Source: a bacterium (GTDB lineage: Bacteria > Patescibacteriota > SICC01). From it: 64,000 nucleotides of DNA. The notes below the pieces were generated by a model that saw only the letters and a program-made list of their open reading frames with translations, had not been told where the DNA came from and made no database searches. Where the stretch lies: assembly GCA_030699935.1 (NCBI GenBank), contig JAUYKS010000002.1, positions 65,018 to 129,017 on the forward strand, written 5' to 3'. The translations under genes and the position numbers were made by a program. Positions 1 through 9,263 of this stretch are shown here, piece by piece; position 1 is the first letter of the stretch, and every line of letters begins with the position of its first letter.

Positions 1-1046
1 CGGTTTTGTTCGACGAGCTGCAGCTCGCCAAAGGTACGCGGACGCAGAGCGGCGCGCACGCCTCCACCGCCGCCGGCAAGATCGAGAAGTTGCGGGACGC
101 GCACCCGATCGTGCCGCTGATCCTCGAGCACCGCGAACTGTCCAAGCTTAAAGGCACCTACCTCGACGCGCTCCCGAACCTAGTCCGGAAGGACACCGGC
201 CGGCTGCACACTTCCTTCAACCAGACGGTGGCGGCGACGGGCCGGCTCAGTTCGTCGGATCCCAACCTCCAGAACATCCCGGTCCGCACCGAGGTCGGCC
301 GCGAGATCCGCAAAGCCTTCGTCGCCGGCCGCGGCTGCAAGCTGATCTCGGCGGATTATTCCCAGTTCGAGCTGCGGATTGCCGCGCACATCTCCGGGGA
401 TGCGAAACTCTCGGAGCAGTTCCGCGAAGGCAAGGACATCCATACCGCGACCGCGGCGGCGGTCGCCGGCGTCGCCGAGGCGGACGTCACGCCGGAGCAG
501 CGCTACGCCGCCAAGGCGGTGAACTTCTCGATCCTCTACGGCGCGACGCCGCACGGTGTGGCCCGCAGCACCGGCATGCCGGTCACCGAGGCCAAGGAAT
601 ACATCGACCGCTACTTCCGGACGTACCCCAAGATCCGCGACTACATGGACGAGATGATCGCCAAGGTCCGGACGGACGGTTACGTTGAGACGCTCTTCGG
701 CCGCCGCCGCTATCTGCCCGAGATTAATTCCAGTTCGCATCCGATCCGCGAGTCGGCCAAGCGGATGGCGATCAACATGCCGATCCAGGGCACGCAGGCC
801 GACATCCTCAAGCTGGCGATGATCCAGGTCGACGCCGGCCTGGCGAAGGTTTCGAAGGATGCCCACCTCTTGCTCACGGTCCACGACGAACTCGTCCTGG
901 AGGCGCCGACCAAGGACATCCCGAAGGTCGCGAAGTTCGTGGTGGAGACGATGCGCGGCGCCTACGCGCTCGACGTCCCGATCGAAGTCGAAGCGAAGGT
1001 CGGACCGAACTGGGGCGAACTGCAGCCGACCGGCGGCCCCGCTTGA
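1..1046 (+). CDS. polA: DNA polymerase I, C-terminal polymerase domain (5' partial, runs off the window start)
   Basis: Family A motifs TGRLSSSDPNLQNIP, ADYSQFELR, AKAVNFSILYG and LLTVHDELV. Confidence 0.97.
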   Translation, partial: VLFDELQLAKGTRTQSGAHASTAAGKIEKLRDAHPIVPLILEHRELSKLKGTYLDALPNLVRKDTGRLHTSFNQTVAATGRLSSSDPNLQNIPVRTEVGREIRKAFVAGRGCKLISADYSQFELRIAAHISGDAKLSEQFREGKDIHTATAAAVAGVAEADVTPEQRYAAKAVNFSILYGATPHGVARSTGMPVTEAKEYIDRYFRTYPKIRDYMDEMIAKVRTDGYVETLFGRRRYLPEINSSSHPIRESAKRMAINMPIQGTQADILKLAMIQVDAGLAKVSKDAHLLLTVHDELVLEAPTKDIPKVAKFVVETMRGAYALDVPIEVEAKVGPNWGELQPTGGPA

Positions 1047-1092
1047 TTGAGCGGAGGCTGCATTGTAAGTAGACTGGAAAGTTACTTCCTAA

Positions 1093-3126
1093 ATGCGCAT
1101 GCAAGAAGAATCACCCGACACAACTTTGGCAGACGAGGAAAACGCTGACCTCACTGGTGCAGCTGACTTCACGAGCGAAGAAGCGTCCGAAGATGAAGCT
1201 GACATTGAAGATGCGTTGGCGGAACTAGAGTCCGTCCTCAAGGAAAGACCGGCGGACTCGAACGGCAGCGGGGAGCTGACGGAGGGCGTGGCGGTCGTGT
1301 TCGATTCGGCTGACGAAGAACCGGAGCCCTCGCCCGAAGTGAGCCGGGAAGAGGGAATCCGGTCGAAAGTGTCGGAGCTGCTGCAAATCGCCGCGGAACG
1401 ATGCTCCACTACGACGAAGGACATGCGCGGACGCGGGCGCTCGATCCAGGCGGTCAGGGCCCGATGGGCCGCGGGACAGGCGCTTCGGCAAGCCGGTGTG
1501 CCGATAACGACGATCCGTGAAGCCCTCGACCGCGGTTCCGAAACCTCGACTTACCAGATGCTAAGGACGACTCGTCCGGATGCCATATCCGACTTACGGG
1601 CGATCCGCGAACGATTCGGGGATTGGACCTATCCCGAAGCGCCCGAAGCGCCCAAAGTGCCGGAATCGTTCGACCGGACGGCGGCGGAGCGGCTGGTCGT
1701 CGCGACCTTGAACTATTTCGGTACCGATCAAGCCGAACTTTCCAAGGTTCGGGGAAACAAGGCCGGCATGGATGCGCGCTGGGTCTCCGCGCAATTGTTG
1801 CGACATCTGAAAATACCGAAGATGGGCGTCAGGGACTTGCTGCACCGTCCGTCGATACAGTCCGTCTACTGTTTGTCTAACCGCCGGGCTCCGGAACTGC
1901 ACGGAGCGGTGGAGGAAATCTGGGAAGGCTTCCAGAACGGCGAGGACTTTTCTGAACGGGCCCGGCGTATCGCCGAAGCCCGGGCGGCGGCGGCGCGGCC
2001 GGAGCCGGAACCGGAAGAACCCCCGGCGCTTTCCGGCGAGGAAATCGACCGTCTGATCCTGACCGCGGCCAACTACGTCGGTGTCCGTCCGGAGCAAGTG
2101 ATCGACTCCCGAAAGAGCCGCCCGGAGGCGGTGCTGGCCCGAATCATCGTCCTGACGCTATTGGAAGAGGAACTCGGTATGCGGCGGAAGCATGTCGCCA
2201 AGCACTTCAACCGGGCGGCGGCATCCGTAACGTCCACGCTCCGCAACGACAACATCCGTCATTTGCTGCTCAACAACCAACGCGCGCGGATCGATATCCT
2301 CAAGGCGTTCAAGGCGGGAGATACGTTTGAGGAACGTGGCGAGGAGCTCTTGCGGGAACAGCGGGAGAAGGCGCGGAAGGAAGGCAAAGAACCTCCCTAT
2401 AGCCGCGAAGTCCCGGCGGAGGAGCGAGAGCTGTTCGAGCGGTTCAGCGAGGGGAAAGAAGACGCCGTGAAGACGGTCGAAGACGCGTACCTGCAGCCGG
2501 TGCAAGACGCGATGCGGAAACGTCTGGAGGGCTCCGCGATCGGTTTGCCGGAACGGAAGCCCCTGGAGGTCTTACACCTGACCGCCCGTAACTTCGCGCC
2601 CGTGGCCGAACGGCACCGGAACTTCAAGGAATGGGTATTGCGGGTCGCCCGTCAGGAAGCCGAGGAGATGCTCGAGACGGAACGGCAGAAGAAGAAGATG
2701 CGAGAGGTCGACACGCGGCGCTATTTCACGGAGACCTACGAAGCGTACCGATCGGGAAACGTCCGTGCCTCCATGGGGCGGGCCATCGACTTTAATAAGG
2801 AGGACGGCAAGCGGGTCATGGATACGGCTAAGTCGGTCTACGCTGCTGCCGCCGAAGCGGCCAAAAAGAAGCTGCCGATCCCGTACTATGAGTTCCAGCG
2901 CCAGATCAAGCTCCTCAACAAGACCAGCGTGATCCTGCAGGACCCCGAGAGAGCCAAGGGGAAGATCCCGGCTGAGTCCCTGGCCAGGCAGGTCACCCTG
3001 GGCGAATTCGAGGGTGAGAAACTGGAGGAGCTGCTCGGATTGTTGCTCGAATCGGTCGTCCGGGACGCCGGCCTCAAGCTGGGGACGAAGCCCGGGCCGA
3101 CGCGGAAGCCGAAAGTGCATATCTGA
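1093..3126 (+). CDS. Orphan: acidic N-terminus, three DnaA-domain-IV-like HTH repeats and a degenerate sigma-70 region 2-like module
   Basis: 677-aa ORF. Repeats at about aa 93-175, 198-290 and 317-415 (e.g. IDRLILTAANYVGVRPEQVIDSRKSRPEAVLAR...HFNRAAASV). Sigma-like segment EERELFERFSEGKEDA...NFKEWVLRVAR. Domain calls by eye. Confidence 0.6.
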   Translation: MRMQEESPDTTLADEENADLTGAADFTSEEASEDEADIEDALAELESVLKERPADSNGSGELTEGVAVVFDSADEEPEPSPEVSREEGIRSKVSELLQIAAERCSTTTKDMRGRGRSIQAVRARWAAGQALRQAGVPITTIREALDRGSETSTYQMLRTTRPDAISDLRAIRERFGDWTYPEAPEAPKVPESFDRTAAERLVVATLNYFGTDQAELSKVRGNKAGMDARWVSAQLLRHLKIPKMGVRDLLHRPSIQSVYCLSNRRAPELHGAVEEIWEGFQNGEDFSERARRIAEARAAAARPEPEPEEPPALSGEEIDRLILTAANYVGVRPEQVIDSRKSRPEAVLARIIVLTLLEEELGMRRKHVAKHFNRAAASVTSTLRNDNIRHLLLNNQRARIDILKAFKAGDTFEERGEELLREQREKARKEGKEPPYSREVPAEERELFERFSEGKEDAVKTVEDAYLQPVQDAMRKRLEGSAIGLPERKPLEVLHLTARNFAPVAERHRNFKEWVLRVARQEAEEMLETERQKKKMREVDTRRYFTETYEAYRSGNVRASMGRAIDFNKEDGKRVMDTAKSVYAAAAEAAKKKLPIPYYEFQRQIKLLNKTSVILQDPERAKGKIPAESLARQVTLGEFEGEKLEELLGLLLESVVRDAGLKLGTKPGPTRKPKVHI

Positions 3127-3132
3127 CCCGCC

Positions 3133-3189
3133 ATACTAACGTCGTGCGAAAAGGACATTCTCGCAAGCACGCCGACCCCCTGATGCCGG
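3133..3189 (+). repeat. 57-bp imperfect direct repeat, copy 1 (truncated remnant of the PHP gene 5' end)
   Basis: 50/57 identical to 4588-4644; reads MRKGHSRKHADPLMP, then stops after 25 codons. Confidence 0.9.
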
Positions 3190-3285
3190 TTGTCGTCGAA
3201 ACTAAAGTGGGAGACAATTAGGGTGAATTGAAACAGACAAAATAAATGACAAAGCGCTTGACACTACTGATAGAAACAACATGAC

Positions 3286-3307
3286 AGGGGGCCGGCAGGC
3301 CCTTTTT
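3286..3307 (+). terminator. Possible intrinsic terminator
   Basis: GGGCC-ggca-GGCCC stem followed by TTTTT. Confidence 0.45.
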
Positions 3308-3361
3308 ACGTACAAAAAAGCAACCAACCCCTAAAGACCGGACACTAAACATGAAAACGAC

Positions 3362-4549
3362 ATGAGCGAAGAAACGATAACCGCCACCGACCTGGCTGCA
3401 GAGTTGGGCATCGAAGCTGAGCTCAGGGGCGATGCGGGTATCGACCCGGACGTCGAGGTTGATGTCGACGAGGGCACCGATCCGGACATAATCGAGAGAT
3501 ACGAATCCGACCTCGCGATGTTGCCCGAGGTCGAGGATCGGGAAACAAGCATTACGTTGCCGAGCGAACGGACCGACGACGAAATCTTCGCCGGCCAAGA
3601 CGTGTATGCTTTCCCGGTCGTGTCCGCCGACGGCACCCACAAACTGATTCGCGGTACGGTCAGGGATGTAACCCTGTACGACTTTGAACACAGCAGCCCG
3701 GGCTTCGCGAGTCTCATGTTCAGGGAGCCTCCGTACCGGTATACCGGAGTCGACCTGAATCACAGCTCCCTGATCCCGGCCGTGGCCATGGATGCGTTCA
3801 AGCGGGATCCTGATCTTCTTGAACGATGGCTGCAAGACGGGACTCCGGAAGACCTGCGTGAGGTCGACGAGTTGCGCGATTCGATAGAGGCGGCCCTGGA
3901 GTTTCACGTCACTGACTCCGAAGCGTTCGAACCCATTCCAGTGCCGGAGGAGACGTCGAAGCCGAAACGAACCGGGGTTCGGAAGCGTTCCGTCGAGTAC
4001 GAGATCGCCGCGCTGAAAGACGAATACCTGGAGCGGGCCTGGCGCGACTCCCTGTATGCCATGTCCAAGAAAGAAGAACGGGCATTGCTGGCCGCGGTCC
4101 AGACCGGTGACAGAGGAGCTTTCGATCAGGTCTTCGAGGGGCACCTCGGCCTGGTCGCCTTTTTCGTCGAGCAACAGAACGCCAACGGTACCTCCCAGGA
4201 ACTGATGCGTCGCGGGTCGGAAATCCTGCGGGAAACCATCCACGGATTCCAAGCCGTCAACGGGAACCGCTTGGCCGATGCCGTTTGCGAGAGTCTCGAT
4301 GCGCGGTTGACGGCCGACCTGTTCGAACAACTGGATGAGCGTAAGGAAAAGGCGAGCGAGGCACGTGAAAAGTTCCGGGGCGTAGTGCAGTTGGATCCTC
4401 AGGAAAAGCCCGCCCGCGCCGCGAAGCCTGCCGCCGAGAGTTCTCCTACTTTTTGCGATATTGATGAAGATCTCGATGAAGCCTGTGCGGTGGCCTGGGC
4501 CGGAGTCCATCGGTCCCTGGCCGAAGCTAGTAATCCGTACATGGACTGA
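3362..4549 (+). CDS. Orphan acidic protein with a degenerate sigma-70 region 1.2/2-like module and no region 4
   Basis: aa ~220-320 DEYLER...MSKKEERALLAAVQTGDRGAFDQVFEGHLGLVAFF...QELMRRGSEIL..IHGF parallels the sigma-70 pattern LT.EEE..L....GD..A...L...NL.LV...DL.QEG..GL....F. Confidence 0.55.
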   Translation: MSEETITATDLAAELGIEAELRGDAGIDPDVEVDVDEGTDPDIIERYESDLAMLPEVEDRETSITLPSERTDDEIFAGQDVYAFPVVSADGTHKLIRGTVRDVTLYDFEHSSPGFASLMFREPPYRYTGVDLNHSSLIPAVAMDAFKRDPDLLERWLQDGTPEDLREVDELRDSIEAALEFHVTDSEAFEPIPVPEETSKPKRTGVRKRSVEYEIAALKDEYLERAWRDSLYAMSKKEERALLAAVQTGDRGAFDQVFEGHLGLVAFFVEQQNANGTSQELMRRGSEILRETIHGFQAVNGNRLADAVCESLDARLTADLFEQLDERKEKASEAREKFRGVVQLDPQEKPARAAKPAAESSPTFCDIDEDLDEACAVAWAGVHRSLAEASNPYMD

Positions 4550-4587
4550 CGCGCCGAGCGGGAATCGGATGAGTTAGCCGCAGAGGT

Positions 4588-4644
4588 ATACTAACGTCGT
4601 GCGAAAAAGACACTCCCGGACTCATGCCGACCCCCTGATGCCGG
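4588..4644 (+). repeat. 57-bp imperfect direct repeat, copy 2 (functional PHP gene start and -10 box)
   Basis: Matches 3133-3189; includes most of the TATACT box and the GTG start. Confidence 0.9.
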
Positions 4645-5447
4645 ACGCCGGCAAGGCGGACCTGCACATGCATACCACCGCGTCCGACGGCAACGCTTCC
4701 CCGAAGCGCCTGCTGGACCATGTCGAGCAGCGGACCGACTTGGACGTGATCGCGATCACCGACCATGACACGATGGACGGCGCCCTGGAAGCCAAACGGA
4801 TCCACGAGGCCGGCGACTACCGGTTCGACCTGATCCTCGGCCAGGAGGTCACTTCGACCGCCGGCCACATCCTGGGACTTTTCATCGAGAAGCCGGTTCC
4901 CAAGGAACGCTCCGCGGAAGAGACGATCCGCCTGATCCACAAGCAAGGCGGCCTGGCGATCGCCGCGCACCCGATGCTGGTGATGCGGTACACCGATCCG
5001 GACATGCTGACGGCCGACGGCGTCGGTGCCGACGTACTGCTCGGTGAGCAGTTCGACGGCGTCGAGATCGTAAACGGCAGTCCGACCCTGGGGAACGAGA
5101 ACGCGCGGGCCCGGCTGCTCAACCGCACCATATTGTTCCGGGCGGAAACCGGCGGGTCGGACGCGCACATCCTCGACGCGATCGGCAAAGGGTACACGCT
5201 GTTTCCCGGCCGGACCGCCGCGGACCTGCGCCGGGCGGTCGAGCAGAAGACGACGGAAGCGGTGAGCACCAAGTACCGCATCCGCGAACTGCTTCGCTAC
5301 GGTCGTTTCTTCATGAAGATGAAGTTCCGTGAGACCGGCAAACGGATGTTCGCCCTGTTCGGCCAAGGGCGGCGCAAGGAACGGGCCAGGGCTTCGGCTT
5401 CGGCGGATCCGGCATTGCGCGCGCCAAGAAAAAAGGCGGCGCGATGA
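4599..5447 (+). CDS. PHP-family metal-dependent phosphoesterase
   Basis: DLHMHTTASDG, ITDHD, GQEV, AHP and GGSDAH motifs. Confidence 0.9.
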   Translation: MRKRHSRTHADPLMPDAGKADLHMHTTASDGNASPKRLLDHVEQRTDLDVIAITDHDTMDGALEAKRIHEAGDYRFDLILGQEVTSTAGHILGLFIEKPVPKERSAEETIRLIHKQGGLAIAAHPMLVMRYTDPDMLTADGVGADVLLGEQFDGVEIVNGSPTLGNENARARLLNRTILFRAETGGSDAHILDAIGKGYTLFPGRTAADLRRAVEQKTTEAVSTKYRIRELLRYGRFFMKMKFRETGKRMFALFGQGRRKERARASASADPALRAPRKKAAR

Positions 5448-5878
5448 GCAAGAAGGACGCCAAGAAGCTCGGCGGCACCAAGGCGCTTTGGCTGGTGACG
5501 GCCGGACTGGGGCTGCTTTTCCTGGCGGTCTGGGCTGCCGACAGCGGTGGCCAAGTCATTCCGCGCCAGACCCCGCAACCGGCCGCGGCGGAAGCCACGC
5601 CGGACCAAAGCGAACAGCAGCGCGCCAACCTGAACGATCTCGCGATCAGCGACGCGCAAGGAAGGGTCGACTCCCGGGCCCGGGTCCGGGTGAAGTCGGC
5701 CGACATCCGTAGCTTCAAAGGCGCGGACTTGCGGGAGACGGGTCCGGGAGATCCGTCGGCGCAACTCGGCACGGTGATCGTGCTGGTGGCCACGGTCGAC
5801 GGCACGCCGGTATCTGAACTGACCTACCACGCCGTGGCGCCGGACCGCGTCGTGTTCGTCAAACAGGAAACGCCGTAG
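5444..5878 (+). CDS. Hypothetical membrane-anchored or secreted protein
   Basis: N-terminal hydrophobic helix; ATGA overlap with the PHP gene stop. Confidence 0.6.
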   Translation: MSKKDAKKLGGTKALWLVTAGLGLLFLAVWAADSGGQVIPRQTPQPAAAEATPDQSEQQRANLNDLAISDAQGRVDSRARVRVKSADIRSFKGADLRETGPGDPSAQLGTVIVLVATVDGTPVSELTYHAVAPDRVVFVKQETP

Positions 5879-5915
5879 CTCCTAGCCACTCGCTACTCGC
5901 TATAAGCTAGTACAT

Positions 5916-6845
5916 ATGCCCGAACTGCCGGAAGTAGAGACCATCCGCCGGGGACTGGACGAAGTCCTGCCCGGCAAGCGCGTGCGGAGCTTTTCCGTGA
6001 CCGTGCCCAAGATGTTCACGGCGATCAAGCCGGCCAAGCGCAAGGACCTGTTCGGGCCGCGGATTACCGGCGTGGACCGGCAGGGCAAGGCGCTGCTGAT
6101 CCGACTTGGCCGCGGCGACGCGCCGTCCGGCCGCACGGTGGTGATCCACCTCAAGATGACCGGGCAGCTGATCTTCCGCGACGCGCCGTCCGGCGGGGCC
6201 AAGGGGAGGATCGTGCTGGCGGGTGGCCATCCGATTCCCACCATCGACAACGGCCATCCGGACGGCATGGACCTGCCCGGCAAGGTGACGCATGCCACGT
6301 TCACCTTCACCGACGGGAGCCGGCTGTTCTATAACGACCTGCGGAAGTTCGGCTACCTCAAGTTGGTGCCGACGACCGCCGTCAACGAACTGACCTTCAT
6401 CAATTCGCTGGGGCCGGATCCGCTGGAGCGGTCGTTCTCACAGGCGGCATTCGACGCGTTGCTGCGCCGCCGCCCGGGGGCCAAGCTCAAGCCGCTGCTG
6501 CTGGACCAGACGGTGATCGCCGGACTCGGGAACATCTACGTCGACGAATCGCTCAACCTGGCGCGGCTGCATCCGTTGCGCACGGCGGGTTCGCTGACCA
6601 AGGCCCAGCGGACGGCCCTGCACCTCGCGATTAAGAAGGTGCTGCGCGCCGCACTGCGAGCCGGCGGTACGTCGGACAACACCTACGTGACCATCCGCGG
6701 TGAACGCGGCGACTATCTGCGCCGCGCCCGGGTGTATCATCGGGTCGGAGAGCCGTGCCGGCGCTGCGGCACGCCCATCGAACGCATCGTCGTAGTCGGC
6801 CGGGGGACGCACCTCTGTCCGCGCTGCCAACGTCCGCCTCGTTAA
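5916..6845 (+). CDS. mutM: Formamidopyrimidine-DNA glycosylase
   Basis: N-terminal PELPEVE, HLKMTG, GLGNIYVDE and a C-terminal CxxC...CxxC zinc finger. Confidence 0.97.
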   Translation: MPELPEVETIRRGLDEVLPGKRVRSFSVTVPKMFTAIKPAKRKDLFGPRITGVDRQGKALLIRLGRGDAPSGRTVVIHLKMTGQLIFRDAPSGGAKGRIVLAGGHPIPTIDNGHPDGMDLPGKVTHATFTFTDGSRLFYNDLRKFGYLKLVPTTAVNELTFINSLGPDPLERSFSQAAFDALLRRRPGAKLKPLLLDQTVIAGLGNIYVDESLNLARLHPLRTAGSLTKAQRTALHLAIKKVLRAALRAGGTSDNTYVTIRGERGDYLRRARVYHRVGEPCRRCGTPIERIVVVGRGTHLCPRCQRPPR

Positions 6846-6867
6846 CCCAAACGCTAATCCAATAACC

Positions 6868-7803
6868 ATGATCCTCGTCATCCACGGACCAGAAACGTAC
6901 TTAGTGCACCGCAAGCTCCGGCAAGCGTTCGACAAGGCGCGGGCCGCGGGCACTGTCGGCGTGACCGAATTGGACGCCGGCGACACCGACCTCAAGAAAG
7001 CCGGCGACGCGTTGCGAGGCGGTTCGTTGTTCGATGAGAAGGCGGTCGTGGTGTTCCGGAACTGGTTCATGGAGAAACCGGCGGACGACTCGAACAAGCT
7101 GGCCGAGTTGCTCGAGGCGGCTCCCAAGGAAACGGTCGTGATCGTCGCCGAGTCCGGCGAGGTTGACAAGCGCCGAAAGTCGTTCGCCAAGCTGGCGAAG
7201 CAGGCCGACAAGTCCTGGCACTTCCCGACTTTCGACGAACCGGCCGCCGCCGCCTGGCTGGTGAAACGGGCCGAGGAAGCTGGATCGAAGCTCTCGCCGG
7301 CGCTGGCCCGGAACATCGTATCCGCGCTCGGCACGGACGGCTGGATGCTGGCGACCGAAATCGACAAGCTGGTCGCGGCGAGCGACGGTGAAGTCACCGA
7401 GTCGCTGGTGGCCAACCTGACCGGCTCCAACCGCGTCTCCACGATCTGGGAGCTGGTGGACGCGGTTGCCGCCAAGGACTTCCGGAAGGCGCAGACGGCG
7501 CTGCGCAGCCTGCTGCAATCCGGCGAGCCGCCACAACGGATCTTCGCGATGGTCGTCCGGCAATACCGGATCCTGCTCGGCGTGCAGGCGGCCGAGGGCC
7601 AACCGGACGCTGCGGTCGCCAAACAGCTCGGCGTCCACCCGTATTCGGTGAAACAGGCGCGGCGGCAAATCTCCCGCTTTTCCCCGGACGAACTGCGCCG
7701 CATTTACGACGAACTGGCCGAGTTGGACGTTGCCGGAAAATCCGGCAAGCGCGACCCCGAACAGGCGCTCGAACTGTTCGTCGCGGAGCGGACCGTCGCG
7801 TAA
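6868..7803 (+). CDS. holA: DNA polymerase III delta subunit
   Basis: HGPETYL, SLF, VDKR, EIDKL, IWELVDAV, LGVHPY; convergent with rpsT, the usual arrangement. Confidence 0.9.
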   Translation: MILVIHGPETYLVHRKLRQAFDKARAAGTVGVTELDAGDTDLKKAGDALRGGSLFDEKAVVVFRNWFMEKPADDSNKLAELLEAAPKETVVIVAESGEVDKRRKSFAKLAKQADKSWHFPTFDEPAAAAWLVKRAEEAGSKLSPALARNIVSALGTDGWMLATEIDKLVAASDGEVTESLVANLTGSNRVSTIWELVDAVAAKDFRKAQTALRSLLQSGEPPQRIFAMVVRQYRILLGVQAAEGQPDAAVAKQLGVHPYSVKQARRQISRFSPDELRRIYDELAELDVAGKSGKRDPEQALELFVAERTVA

Positions 7804-7806
7804 GCC

Positions 7807-8181
7807 TTACGAGACTTTTTTCGTCGCCGTCTTCTTGGCGGCGGGCTTCTTAACCGCCGTTTTGGCGGCCGGTTTCTTCGAAGCAGCCTTCGCCGCCGGT
7901 TGGGCCGCAGCCGGTTTCGTCTTCGCCCGCTTCAACACGTCGACGACCCGCGACTTGTACCGGGCCGCGGTCCGCGGGTGGATCGCCCGCACTTTGGCCG
8001 CCTTGTCGAGATACTTCTGCGCGGCCGGCAGCGCCTTGGCAGCCTCTTCGGCCTTGCCGGCGGCGGCCAGCGTACGCACCTGCTTGAGCGCCGTCCGGGC
8101 GCGGGAACGGTGAAGCGTGTTTTTCTCCGCCTGCCGGGCGGCGACCTTCACGCGTTTCTTGGCTGATTTGATCTGAGGCAT
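7807..8181 (-). CDS. rpsT: 30S ribosomal protein S20 with an Ala/Lys/Pro-rich C-terminal tail
   Basis: MPQIKSAKKR...LDKAAK...IHPRTAARYKSR. Confidence 0.95.
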   Translation of the reverse strand: MPQIKSAKKRVKVAARQAEKNTLHRSRARTALKQVRTLAAAGKAEEAAKALPAAQKYLDKAAKVRAIHPRTAARYKSRVVDVLKRAKTKPAAAQPAAKAASKKPAAKTAVKKPAAKKTATKKVS

Positions 8182-8244
8182 ACCCGAATAGCATACATGA
8201 CAACCCGCCCAGTCATCGAGGGCAGCCGGGGCATTGAACTGTCG

Positions 8245-9243
8245 TTAGTTTAGGCCCAGCCAGAAACGGGCGGATTCGGCCCAAGAGTTTCCGGTTCGCT
8301 GCTCGGCAGGATGCTCTTCAGCCGGCTGCATCGATTCGAATACCTTGATTATCTCTTCCTTCGGCAGTTGGCCGTCGAGAATTCCCTCCGTATCGCCGGT
8401 TTTGTAAGTGTAGCCGCCGAAGTCAGGGTCGGCGTAGATTGAACCGCTGTTTGTCTTGGCGTAAAACTGACACCCTTTCTGATCGGAGTACCCGTTGGCA
8501 GTCGGACCGCCGCAGTTTTCGGGAGGGTTGTATACGGAGGGTGATTCAAGCACCAGCACTTTGTAGAAGCCGTCATCGGATTCGTACCGTAAATCAACGA
8601 CGGGTTTGCCAGTAAAAGGTTCGTCATTAACGGATCGACTGAATAGCTTGTAGCCCGCAGGCTGGTAGGTGGGTATCAGCACGTTTTCCGGAGTGGTTTC
8701 TTTGACGACTTCGGTCTGGCGGCCCTGATCGGCGAAGGCCAGTCCCGCGTATATCACGATCATTCCGGCTACGGCCAGATAGAGCGGCCAACGGGTCTGC
8801 GCCTGCGGTTGCTCCACTCCTGGTTGAGTCGTCTTTACATACTGGTTGTAAGCGCGAAGCAAAGATCCCCAATAAGCCAGTAATGTCAGGTAACCGGCCA
8901 GCGTCAGCGTCACCAGGCCGCCTTTGATATAGAAAATGGTGAGCGCGCCGCATAGTCCTTCCAAGCAGTTTGTGATGGCGGAAATACGGAGTGCCACATA
9001 CAAGCCGATTATTGCGGCCAGACCGACTAGTCCAAACAAAAACGATAGACCGTGATAGGGGCGGAGGCCGAATTGCCAGCGCCAGTCATTTAGAACGCCA
9101 GTCAAACTTGTCTTCTCGGGGTTGATTCCCTGAGCGAGCTTAGGCCTGGTCACGAAGAACCAGTACAGCAGGTACGGAGGAAACAATGCGGCCAGAAGAA
9201 TATTGAGAAGGATCGGTTGCTTAATCGAGTGGCTCGCTTCCAT
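8245..9243 (-). CDS. Hypothetical protein with about 4 N-terminal TM helices and an extracellular C-terminal domain
   Basis: ORF with hydrophobic segments and lower GC than its flanks. Start placed at ATG 9243, 6 nt after a TACTAT -10 box. Confidence 0.6.
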   Translation of the reverse strand: MEASHSIKQPILLNILLAALFPPYLLYWFFVTRPKLAQGINPEKTSLTGVLNDWRWQFGLRPYHGLSFLFGLVGLAAIIGLYVALRISAITNCLEGLCGALTIFYIKGGLVTLTLAGYLTLLAYWGSLLRAYNQYVKTTQPGVEQPQAQTRWPLYLAVAGMIVIYAGLAFADQGRQTEVVKETTPENVLIPTYQPAGYKLFSRSVNDEPFTGKPVVDLRYESDDGFYKVLVLESPSVYNPPENCGGPTANGYSDQKGCQFYAKTNSGSIYADPDFGGYTYKTGDTEGILDGQLPKEEIIKVFESMQPAEEHPAEQRTGNSWAESARFWLGLN

Positions 9244-9263
9244 GCGGCCATAGTACAACACCA

